From the NCBI GenBank assembly GCA_963717945.1, contig CAVQXT010000003.1, positions 385,880 to 449,879 on the forward strand: a stretch of 64,000 nucleotides of DNA, given 5' to 3'. Position 1 is the stretch's first letter; every line of letters begins with the position of its first letter. This document shows positions 39,549-47,223 of this stretch, piece after piece. Position numbers and translations under genes: made by a program. Under the pieces are notes generated by a model that was not told the origin of the DNA, searched no databases, and saw only the letters and a program-made list of their open reading frames with translations. This DNA comes from an uncultured Acidobacteriota bacterium (GTDB taxonomy: Bacteria; Acidobacteriota; Vicinamibacteria; Vicinamibacterales; Fen-181).

Positions 39549-40897
39549 CGCTCCACCGCCGCCATATCGTCGGGAAGGTACGACGCCACGCGCTCGGAGA
39601 CCTCGTGCACCGACAGGTCGCGGCCCTCCTGGATCTCCCAGATCGAGATGATCGGGAAGAACTTGGTCGCCACCATGTAGACCAGGACGAACCCGGCCAG
39701 CGTGCCCGCCATGATCGACAGCTCGACCCACGACGGCATGTAGTGCACCGACGCCGCCTGCAGCCGCGGGTGGAGCGAAGTCGGGACGACGATGTTGAAC
39801 CGCTCCAGCCACATGCCGATGACGACCGCGATCGACGCGACGACGCACCCGGTCACGTTGCGCGTCTTCCGGCGCGCCATCAGCGCGAAGGGGATGAAGA
39901 AACAGCAGGCCACCATCGTCCAGAACGGGATCGCGAACTCCCCGGTCAGCTTGGCGTAGAGCGTGGCCAGCTCCGACGCCTCGCCGCCGTACCAGACGGT
40001 GAGGTGCTCGGCGAAGGTGAAGTAGAACCACAGCACCGTCGTCACCAGCAGCAGCAGCCCCATGTTGTTGAAGTGCACGTCTTTGAAGTACGCCTCGAGG
40101 CGGTAGACGCGCCGCAGGATCGCCATCGCGATGATGAGCGCCGCGATCCCCGAGAAGATGGCGCCGACGACGAAGTAGGGGCCGAAGATCGCGCTGTGCC
40201 ACATCGGCTTCAGCGTCAGCGCGAAGATCCAGCCGATGACGGTGTGGACCGAGACCGCGACCGGGATCACCGCCACGGCGAGAATCCCGATGATCCGCTC
40301 GAGCGTCGCGCGGGCGGCCGGCGTGTCGTGGTAGCCGATCGCGAGGAACGAGTACAGCGCGCGGGGGCGGAGCCCGAGGTCGCGGATGCGCGCGAGGTCC
40401 GGGATCATCGGCACGTACAGGTAGACGGAGCTGGCCGTGAAGTAGAGCGTGATGCTCAGAACGTCCCAGAGGAGGGGCGAGAACGGCTGCGAGTGGAGGA
40501 AGATGTTCAGCACGCGGTCCGGCCGGCCCAGGTCGAGGATCGGCTGCACGGCGCCGAAGCCGATGACGAGCACCGTGATGAACTCGGCCGACCGCGTGAT
40601 CGACCGCCGCCACTCCGCGTTCGCCACGCGGAGGATCGCCGAGATGAGCGTGCCGGCGTGCGAGATGCCGATGAAGAACACGAAGCAGATGATGTAGATG
40701 CCCCAGTACTCGGGCGTGTTCAGGCCGGTCGCGCCCAGGCCGTCGCGCAGCTGGTAGGCGTAGGCGAAGGCGCCCCACAGGGCGACGGCGGCCATCAGCG
40801 CGGCCCAGCGCCAGAACACCTTCGTCGTGCGCACCAGCGGCATGAGCAGCACGCGCTCGTCCTGGGGCAGCTTCGAGACGATTTCAAGATCGGTCAC
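39545..40897 (-). CDS. NrfD/PsrC-family integral membrane quinone-interacting subunit
   Basis: 450 aa with a GTG start and about 10 TM helices. The N-terminal region FWRWAALMAAVALWGAFAYAYQLRDGLGATGLNTPEYWGIYIICFVFFIGISHAGTLISAILR is typical of NrfD/PsrC/ActC. Confidence 0.88.
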   Translation of the reverse strand: MTDLEIVSKLPQDERVLLMPLVRTTKVFWRWAALMAAVALWGAFAYAYQLRDGLGATGLNTPEYWGIYIICFVFFIGISHAGTLISAILRVANAEWRRSITRSAEFITVLVIGFGAVQPILDLGRPDRVLNIFLHSQPFSPLLWDVLSITLYFTASSVYLYVPMIPDLARIRDLGLRPRALYSFLAIGYHDTPAARATLERIIGILAVAVIPVAVSVHTVIGWIFALTLKPMWHSAIFGPYFVVGAIFSGIAALIIAMAILRRVYRLEAYFKDVHFNNMGLLLLVTTVLWFYFTFAEHLTVWYGGEASELATLYAKLTGEFAIPFWTMVACCFFIPFALMARRKTRNVTGCVVASIAVVIGMWLERFNIVVPTSLHPRLQAASVHYMPSWVELSIMAGTLAGFVLVYMVATKFFPIISIWEIQEGRDLSVHEVSERVASYLPDDMAAVER

Positions 40898-40901
40898 AGC
40901 A

Positions 40902-41585
40902 CTATTCCCGTCGTGACAGGTAGTAGACCTTCGGCTCGGTGCCCAGCCCCTCCTGGAGGCGGAAGGCGCGCGGGTCGCGCGCCAGTTCCGCGACCCGGTG
41001 CGCCGGGTCGTCGAGATTGCCGAACACGATCGCCCCGGTCGGGCAGCTGTCGGCGCAGGCGGTCGTGAAGTCCTGCTCGCGCAGCGGGCGTTTCTCGACC
41101 CGCGCGTTCTCCCGCGCCTTCTGCAGCCGGTGGCTGCAGAACGTGCACTTCTCGATGACGCCCACCGGCCGCACCGACACGTCGGGGTTCAGCCCCGGCA
41201 GCGTCGACTCGGGGTGATTCGGCCGGTGCCAGTTGAAGTACTTGACGGTGTACGGGCAGGCGTTGGCGCAGTACCGGCAGCCGATGCACCGGGCGTAGAT
41301 CTGGTTGACGATCCCCTCGCGGTCGATCGACGTCGCCTGCACCGGGCACACCAGCGTGCAGGGCGGCCGGTCGCAGTGCATGCACGGCTGCGGCACGAAC
41401 CGCGTCCTGAGGTCCGGCCACTCGCCCTCGATGTCCACGCGCACCTGCATCCACGAGATCGTGCGGTGCTCGGCGGCGGCCTGCGACCCCCCCACGGCGA
41501 CGTTGTTCTCGGACCGGCAGGCCACCTCGCACGCCTGGCAGCCGTTGCACTTGTCGAGGTCGATGACCATTCCCCAGCGGGCCAT
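40902..41585 (-). CDS. 4Fe-4S ferredoxin-type iron-sulfur subunit (PsrB/NrfC/DmsB-like)
   Basis: MARWGMVIDLDKCNGCQACEVAC..., CMHCDRPPCTLVCP, CIGCRYCANACP, CTFC and CADSCP give four Cys clusters. Confidence 0.92.
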   Translation of the reverse strand: MARWGMVIDLDKCNGCQACEVACRSENNVAVGGSQAAAEHRTISWMQVRVDIEGEWPDLRTRFVPQPCMHCDRPPCTLVCPVQATSIDREGIVNQIYARCIGCRYCANACPYTVKYFNWHRPNHPESTLPGLNPDVSVRPVGVIEKCTFCSHRLQKARENARVEKRPLREQDFTTACADSCPTGAIVFGNLDDPAHRVAELARDPRAFRLQEGLGTEPKVYYLSRRE

Positions 41586-41595
41586 GCCAGTCTCC

Positions 41596-43992
41596 TCAGA
41601 GCCGGATCACTCGCACTCGCGTCGACGGCCAGTCCGGCAGGCCGCTCACCGGATCGACCGCCCGGCCCACCGCCGAGAGCGGGTTGGCGCCGTTCGGCTC
41701 GCCCCACCCCTCGTCGTTGCTCGGGGCGCCCTGAGCCTCTGGAAGGGCGACGCGAGAGTGCAGGCCGTACGGCACGCTGACGACGCCCGGCTGCGCGCCG
41801 AGCGTCACCCGGACGGTCGCCTCGAACCGGCCGCGGCTCGATTCGACCCGCACGCGCTGGCCCGACTCCAGCCCCGCACTGCGCGCCGTCTCGGGGCCAA
41901 TCTCGATCCACGTCTCCCACGCGCTGCCGTTGAGCGCGCCGAGGTGCTCGAGCAGCCACGGCATCAGGGGCGTCCCGCCGGACGCGAGCGTCATAACGCG
42001 GAACGGGACCAGCTGCAGGGGAAATTCGCGGAGCCCGTTGTCCTGCGCCTGCGGCGACGCGTCGATCGGGAGGAACCCCTCCGCCAGGGCGCGGCCGGAC
42101 TTCGCCAGGCGCTCCCTGGCCTCGACGGGGAACATCCAGACGCGGCCGTCGGGGAGCTGCGACCGGCCGGCGCCGTCCTCGTAATCGACCAGCGGATCGA
42201 ACCAGCCGCCGGACTCGACGATGGTCTGCCAGAACTCCTCGGGCTTCTGCCCGTGGGGAAGCCACCAGCCGCGCCCCTCGACCTCGCCCAGCTCGCGCTG
42301 CCTGAATCGATCGACGAACGCGCTCCCCCGTCCGGCGCTCGCCAGCGAGAGGCCGCGCTCGTGGACCAGGTCCTCGACCGACTTCCACCGGGCCCACGCC
42401 GCCGCGCTCCCGCCCATCCGCGACGCGAGGCCGAGGATGACGTCGCCGGTGGCGCGCGTGTTCACCAGCGGCTTGACGACGGGACGGACCACGCCCCACA
42501 CCGGCGAGGGCACGGCGGCCGGCGCCACGGCGTCCTGCCAGCGTTCGAGATACGTGTGGTCGGGCAGGATCAGGTGGGCCGATCGCGCGCTCTCGTCGAA
42601 GAAGGGAGAGAACGACACGACCAGCGGCACCCGCGCGAGCGCCTGGCGGGCCGCCTCCGGATCGGGCAGCGAGGCCACCGGGTTCGCGTGGTAGAGGAAC
42701 AGGACCTGCGTCGACCCGGCGGCGTGGCCCTCGCCCGATGGCCAGGTCGTCGCCGTGAGCGGCGCGCTCGCGAGATCGATCTCGCCCGGCGCCCTGCGCT
42801 CGGCCGGGCCCGGCAGCGGCGGCATCGGGCCCTGCACCAGCAGCCCGCCCGGCCGGCCGAGCCGGCCGGTCAGCGTGTTGAGCGCGTGAATGGCCAGCGC
42901 GTCCGACAGGCCCCCGGTGCGCCACGCGACCGCCTGGTCCCACACCGCCACGGCGCGCCGCGCGCCGCCGAACTGCTTGGCGAGCGCGGTGAGCGTCGCC
43001 ACCGGCACGCCCGTGCGCGCCGACACCTCGTCCGGGCGGCCGTGCCTCAAGACCAGCGTCCGGAAGCCGACGTGCGTCACGCCGTCCGCGCCGGTCCAGT
43101 CGTCCCAGCCCGCCACCTGCCGGGCGACCTGGTCGGGGTCGTAGAGCCCTTCCTTGACGATGACGTAGGCAAGGCCCAGCGCGAGCGCGCCGAACGTCCC
43201 CGGCCGGACCGCGACGAACTGGTGCGCGCCGACCGCGGTTCGAGACAGCCGGACATCCACCTGCACCCAGCGCGGCGACCGGCCGGGAGGTTCGGCGTCG
43301 CGGGCGCGCGCGGCCTGGAGCGGCGACCACCAGGCGTCCGACAGCGCCGCGCCGAAGGAGAGCACGAAATCGGCGCCGGCCAGATCGAACGCCGGGGCCG
43401 TCGCGATCCCCTGGCACAGGCGCATGAGGTCGGCGGACCCGTCCCGGTAATCGTCCACCGACACGCGCGTCGTCCCCATGACGCCGCAGAATCCCGCGAG
43501 GAGTTCGCCCATGACGCCGGAGACGTCCCCGACCATCCACTCGACCGGCGTCGCGCCCCCGGGCCGATACGCGGACTCGAGCGCCGACGCGACGCGATCG
43601 AGCGCCGCGTCCCATCCGATCGGCTTGAACTGGTCGGACCCGGGCGGCCCGACGCGCACCAGCGGCCCCTTCAGCCTCGCGGGGTGATAGAGCAGCTGGA
43701 GTCCCGCGCGCCCCTTGGGGCACAGCCCGCCCTGGCTCACCGGGTGGAGCGGGTTGCCGTCGATGCGGACCGGCCGGCCGTCGATGAGGCGGACCCTGAT
43801 CCCGCAGTGCGCGGGGCACAGCAGGCACGTGGAGGCGACAAACGTCTCGTCGTTCGGCGCCCAGTCCGGTCCCACGTGAGGCGAGGCCAGCGGGAACTGA
43901 TGCGAGAGGGCGCCGAGGCCGAAGCCGATGCCGGCACCCGCCGCGCCGACCAGGAAGCTCCGTCGGGAAATGGCCACCTCGCGCCCCCTCAC
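41596..43992 (-). CDS. Tat-exported molybdopterin-oxidoreductase-family catalytic-type subunit (PsrA/ActB1/QrcB-like)
   Basis: The GTG at 43992 overlaps the upstream stop as GTGA. It has a twin-arginine signal (AISRRSFLVGAAGAGIGFG) and an intact FS0 motif CLLCPAHC-x27-C. The rest is MopB-like, with a C-terminal beta-barrel domain (RVRVESSRGRFEATVRVT). An alternative GTG lies at 43977. Confidence 0.88.
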   Translation of the reverse strand: MRGREVAISRRSFLVGAAGAGIGFGLGALSHQFPLASPHVGPDWAPNDETFVASTCLLCPAHCGIRVRLIDGRPVRIDGNPLHPVSQGGLCPKGRAGLQLLYHPARLKGPLVRVGPPGSDQFKPIGWDAALDRVASALESAYRPGGATPVEWMVGDVSGVMGELLAGFCGVMGTTRVSVDDYRDGSADLMRLCQGIATAPAFDLAGADFVLSFGAALSDAWWSPLQAARARDAEPPGRSPRWVQVDVRLSRTAVGAHQFVAVRPGTFGALALGLAYVIVKEGLYDPDQVARQVAGWDDWTGADGVTHVGFRTLVLRHGRPDEVSARTGVPVATLTALAKQFGGARRAVAVWDQAVAWRTGGLSDALAIHALNTLTGRLGRPGGLLVQGPMPPLPGPAERRAPGEIDLASAPLTATTWPSGEGHAAGSTQVLFLYHANPVASLPDPEAARQALARVPLVVSFSPFFDESARSAHLILPDHTYLERWQDAVAPAAVPSPVWGVVRPVVKPLVNTRATGDVILGLASRMGGSAAAWARWKSVEDLVHERGLSLASAGRGSAFVDRFRQRELGEVEGRGWWLPHGQKPEEFWQTIVESGGWFDPLVDYEDGAGRSQLPDGRVWMFPVEARERLAKSGRALAEGFLPIDASPQAQDNGLREFPLQLVPFRVMTLASGGTPLMPWLLEHLGALNGSAWETWIEIGPETARSAGLESGQRVRVESSRGRFEATVRVTLGAQPGVVSVPYGLHSRVALPEAQGAPSNDEGWGEPNGANPLSAVGRAVDPVSGLPDWPSTRVRVIRL

Positions 43993-44525
43993 CTGTGACA
44001 GGCGATGCAGTTGGCCGGCACGTTCCGCCGCTCGTGGCAGTCGGTGCACGTCTTCATGACGATCTGCACCAGCGGCCGCGGCGGCGGGGCCGTCGTGTCG
44101 GCGATGGCGCCGTGGCAGGTCGCGCAGGGCAGGCCGGCCACGGTGACGTGGCGCCGGTGGGAGTAATACACGTGGTCGGGCAGCCGGAACGTCTTCCGGA
44201 ACACCGGCGGCGTCGGGCTCGCGGCGAGCGTGATGAGCTTCCGCTCCTCGGGCGACTTGGTCATCGGCTGCTGGTGACACCCGACGCAGAGCGCGAGGTC
44301 GGGCAGGCCCGAGTGCTGGTGATCGGCGTAGTACTGGTGGCAGGTCGAGCAGTCGAGCCCGGCGTCCTTGACGTGCTTCCGATGGTTGAACTGGATCGGC
44401 TGGACGACGGCGCCGTTCGGGTCGAACGCGGCACGTCCGGCGGCGAAGCCCGCGACCGCCATCAGCACGGTGAACGCGCCGAGGGCGAGCCTCCTGGTTG
44501 GACCGAGCTTCTCATCGACGTTCAC
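43989..44525 (-). CDS. membrane-anchored pentaheme c-type cytochrome (cytochrome c3/c7, ActA/QrcA-like)
   Basis: 178 aa with a GTG start and AGGAG upstream. The N-terminal TM anchor is LALGAFTVLMAVAGFAAG. Five CxxCH motifs are present: CSTCH, CVGCH, CATCH, CTDCH, CIACH. Confidence 0.9.
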   Translation of the reverse strand: MNVDEKLGPTRRLALGAFTVLMAVAGFAAGRAAFDPNGAVVQPIQFNHRKHVKDAGLDCSTCHQYYADHQHSGLPDLALCVGCHQQPMTKSPEERKLITLAASPTPPVFRKTFRLPDHVYYSHRRHVTVAGLPCATCHGAIADTTAPPPRPLVQIVMKTCTDCHERRNVPANCIACHR

Positions 44526-44580
44526 GCTTCGGCTCCTGCACGCTCGCCGCCGCCACGTTGCACGTCCCGCCCGCCGGCGG

Positions 44581-45069
44581 TCAGGCCGATTCGGCCTGGC
44601 TTCCCGGGTCGAGCGTCCGCTGCAGCTCCCGTGCCCAGAGCGCCTGGAACATCGTGAGACGGCTGACCATCAGTTCCGAGATCCCCGTGCGAACCACGCG
44701 CTCGATCACCGGGTCGGCCGCAAAGAGCTTTTCGAGGTCGAGCCGCCCGAACGCCAGGATCTCGGCGGGCGCCGCCGCGCGTGCCGACAGGGTGAAGCGG
44801 AACGGCCGGACGAGCGCAGACCAGCCGACCGTCTTGCCCGGTCCGACCGCTTCGACGGTGATGTCCTTGACGACGCCTCCGACGTTGATCGGCAGGCACA
44901 GGTCCACCAGACCGCGGACGACGAGGCTGATGTACTGCGCGCTGTCGCCGAGCAGGAAGAGGTAGTCGCCGCTCCCGAGCGACCGCTTCCGCGCGATGGC
45001 GTCCAGGCGCATCAGCTTCGCGGCATCGAGACCGTCGAACAGCTCGGCCGCGCGGAGGGACTCCAGCAT
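44581..45069 (-). CDS. stand-alone cyclic-nucleotide-binding (cNMP/Crp-like effector) domain protein
   Basis: 162 aa. ELFDGLDAAKLMRLDAIARKRSLGSGDYLFLLGDSAQYISLVVRGLV...VGWSALV fits the cNMP-binding beta-roll. There is no C-terminal HTH. Confidence 0.8.
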   Translation of the reverse strand: MLESLRAAELFDGLDAAKLMRLDAIARKRSLGSGDYLFLLGDSAQYISLVVRGLVDLCLPINVGGVVKDITVEAVGPGKTVGWSALVRPFRFTLSARAAAPAEILAFGRLDLEKLFAADPVIERVVRTGISELMVSRLTMFQALWARELQRTLDPGSQAESA

Positions 45070-45125
45070 GCGACCTTCCTTGGAAAACCGTTGTAGGGCG
45101 GGTCTTCAGACCCGCCGCCGCGCGC

Positions 45126-45189
45126 CGGCCCTGTCCGCCTTCGCCCGGCTACGGCGGATCCGCCGTAGCGCTTCGCGCGGAGGCGGAAA
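45126..45189 (-). repeat. 64-bp structured intergenic repeat, copy 1 (identical to 54773-54836 in inverted orientation)
   Basis: The reverse complement of 45126-45189 equals 54773-54836 at 64 of 64 positions by my alignment, and similarity extends about 9 nt further. The centre is the perfect 22-bp palindrome GCTACGGCGGATCCGCCGTAGC (45148-45169). Confidence 0.85.
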
Positions 45190-45284
45190 GGGCCGGCCTA
45201 CGTACGAATTCGTACTGGAGACCGACGGCCGCCCAGCCGGCCCCAGAATGGCTGAGCGGCCCAATCGGCCCGGGGGCTCCAGCG

Positions 45285-45626
45285 TCAGTGCGCGTGAAGA
45301 GACGTGCCGACCCGGCGGTAGAGGTTGTCCACCGATGGCTGATGGACGAACTGCGCCACCACCGCCTGCTCGAGCCGGACGTGGTGTTCGAGACGGCTGA
45401 CCATCGCCTCGTTGAAGGCCGAAGCGGCCGGCGTGACCGCCCCGTCGGCGGGCGCGAAGAAACCGGGGACGGCGACGATGGCGGAAGCTCTGGCCGCCGC
45501 GTCTCCCAGCCGGCCCTTGGCCTGCCGCGCGCGTTCGGCCTCGCTGCTCTGATAGCCCATCGCGAGCATCAGGACCATCCCTCCGAACAGGACCGCCACG
45601 ACGACAACGACCAGAGCTGATTCCAT
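45285..45626 (-). CDS. small single-pass membrane protein (113 aa)
   Basis: ATG at 45626 with GGGAGG upstream. MESALVVVVVAVLFGGMVLMLAMGY forms a TM helix and the rest is soluble. It sits directly behind a sigma-54 promoter. Confidence 0.65.
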   Translation of the reverse strand: MESALVVVVVAVLFGGMVLMLAMGYQSSEAERARQAKGRLGDAAARASAIVAVPGFFAPADGAVTPAASAFNEAMVSRLEHHVRLEQAVVAQFVHQPSVDNLYRRVGTSLHAH

Positions 45627-45654
45627 CGTGCGCCTCCCTTCGAGGGACGTCATG

Positions 45655-45669
45655 AGCAAGTCCCGTGCC
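45655..45669 (-). promoter_or_regulatory. sigma-54 (-24/-12) promoter
   Basis: The minus strand reads GGGCACG-GGAC-TTGCT against the consensus TGGCACG-N4-TTGCW, with exact GG/GC spacing. The -12 element lies about 30 nt upstream of the ATG at 45626. Confidence 0.7.
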
Positions 45670-45801
45670 CCGTCGCCGGCCGCGGCGGTCATCCGACGAA
45701 GAGGCGCGAAATGACGGCAGGCAGGGCGCGGAACACGGTGACGGCCGGTCGTGCGGCACGACGGGGGGCTGACGGAACCGACAGGTCGGCCCGCGGCGGG
45801 G

Positions 45802-45817
45802 CTGACAGGAGTGTCAG
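45802..45817. promoter_or_regulatory. candidate enhancer (UAS) palindrome CTGACAG-GA-GTGTCAG
   Basis: TGACA-N4-TGTCA inverted repeat about 135 nt upstream of the sigma-54 promoter at 45669, overlapping the regulator stop codon. A near-identical site lies at 49246-49261. Confidence 0.5.
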
Positions 45818-47223
45818 GATCTCCGGTTCGCCGGGCGATCGGCGGCCGGGCGGCGCGCCGGGGCTCCCCCGCGTTGACGCTCGAGCAGCCGGTAGAAGGT
45901 CCGCTCCGACATGCCGAGCGCGTGAGCGGCCTTCGCCCGGTTCCCGCCCACCTTGGTGAGCACCCACTGGATGTGGCGGCGCTGCATCTCGCGCAGCGAC
46001 GGGATCTCCTCCCCGTCGGGCCGCGCGAGCGTCGGGCCCTCGGGCCGCAGGCTCACCGGCAGGTCCTCGACGTGGATGACGTCGCCGTCGCAGAGCACCA
46101 CGCTCTGCTCGATCACGTGGATCAGCTCGCGCACGTTGCCCGGCCAGCCGTGCCGCTGCAGCAACTCGAGCGCGTCGTCGCCCACCCGCTTGGCGCAGGA
46201 GAAGCGGCGGTTGAACCGCGCGATGAAGTGATCGACCAGGCAGGGGATGTCCTCGGGCCGGGTCCTGAGCGGCGGGATGGTCAGCGTGAAGGTGGCCAGC
46301 CGGTAATAGAGATCCTCGCGGAAATGACCGCGGGCGGTCGCCTGCGTGAGGTCCCGGTTGGTGGCCGCCACGACGCGCACGTCGACGGCGATCTCGCGCG
46401 TGCCGCCGAGGCGGCGGAAGCGGCCCGTCTCGAGCACGCGGAGCAGCTTGGCCTGGGCCTCGGGGCTGGTGTCGCCCACCTCGTCGAGGAAGATCGTCCC
46501 GCCGCTGGCCACCTCGAACAGCCCGTGCTTCAGGCGATCGGCGCCGGTGAACGCCCCCTTCTCGTGGCCGAAGACCTCGGTCTGGAACAGCTCGTCGTGG
46601 AGCGCCGCGCAGTTGACCGCGACAAACGGCGCCTCGCGCCGCCCGCTCTGCGTGTGGAGCAGCGTGGCGACCAGCTCCTTGCCGACGCCGGTTTCGCCCA
46701 GGATGAGCGTGGTCGAATCGGTGCGGGCGATCCGTTCGACCGCGTCGAGCAGCTTGCGGTTGGCGGCGCTCGCGCCGACGAACTCGACGCCGCGGTCGGG
46801 CACGGCGTACCCGTCTTCGAGCACGCGCTGCCGGGTGAGGAGCCGCACGTGCTCGTGCGTCTTCTGGATCGTCATCTCCAGCTTGGCGATCGGGCACGGC
46901 TTCTCGAGGTAGTCGTGGGCGCCGACGCGGATCGCCCGGACCGCCGTGTCGATCGTCCCGTGGCCGGTCAGGACGACGATGCCCGCCGCGACCGACCGGC
47001 GGCGCAGCTCCTCGAGCACGTCGAGGCCGTCCATGTCGGGCAGGCGCAGGTCGAGGAGGATCACGTCCACGTCCGCGCTCGCGGCCGGGTCGAGCGCCTC
47101 CTGGCCGGACGCGCGCGTCTCGACGGCGTAGCCCCGGCGCGCCAGCTCCGCGCCCATGACGCGCCGGAACGCGGCGTCGTCGTCGACGAGCAGCACGCGG
47201 ATCGCGGTGTCGGGACTGGTCAC
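45814..47223 (-). CDS. sigma-54-dependent response regulator (receiver-AAA+-Fis HTH, NtrC family)
   Basis: The GTG at 47223 overlaps the kinase stop as GTGA.
- **Receiver:** RVLLVDDD...DLRLPDMDG.
- **Walker A:** GETGVGKE.
- **GAFTGA loop:** EKGAFTGA.
- **Other AAA+ motifs:** FLDEVG and GNVRELIH.
- **C-terminal HTH:** GNRAKAAHALGMSERTFYRLL. Confidence 0.93.
   Translation of the reverse strand: MTSPDTAIRVLLVDDDAAFRRVMGAELARRGYAVETRASGQEALDPAASADVDVILLDLRLPDMDGLDVLEELRRRSVAAGIVVLTGHGTIDTAVRAIRVGAHDYLEKPCPIAKLEMTIQKTHEHVRLLTRQRVLEDGYAVPDRGVEFVGASAANRKLLDAVERIARTDSTTLILGETGVGKELVATLLHTQSGRREAPFVAVNCAALHDELFQTEVFGHEKGAFTGADRLKHGLFEVASGGTIFLDEVGDTSPEAQAKLLRVLETGRFRRLGGTREIAVDVRVVAATNRDLTQATARGHFREDLYYRLATFTLTIPPLRTRPEDIPCLVDHFIARFNRRFSCAKRVGDDALELLQRHGWPGNVRELIHVIEQSVVLCDGDVIHVEDLPVSLRPEGPTLARPDGEEIPSLREMQRRHIQWVLTKVGGNRAKAAHALGMSERTFYRLLERQRGGAPARRPAADRPANRRS

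Noticed and set aside
41189-43998. 879-aa and 897-aa ORFs overlapping the molybdopterin subunit gene, and the N-terminal extension of ORF 41596-44280.
   Set aside because: These are shadow frames. The extension upstream of GTG 43992 runs through the pentaheme gene in another frame and precedes the twin-arginine signal.
38391-44525. Calling the five-gene module a canonical alternative complex III (actABCDEF).
   Set aside because: There are no ActD or ActF equivalents. The MopB and FeS parts are separate genes, FS0 cysteines are retained, and a tetraheme replaces monoheme ActE. It is only ACIII/Qrc-like.
44526-45284. A third sigma-54 promoter directly upstream of the pentaheme gene or the cNMP-domain gene.
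   Set aside because: Candidate GG...GC pairs there (e.g. TGGCGGCGGCGAGCG) have the wrong spacing by one nucleotide and lack the TTGC element.
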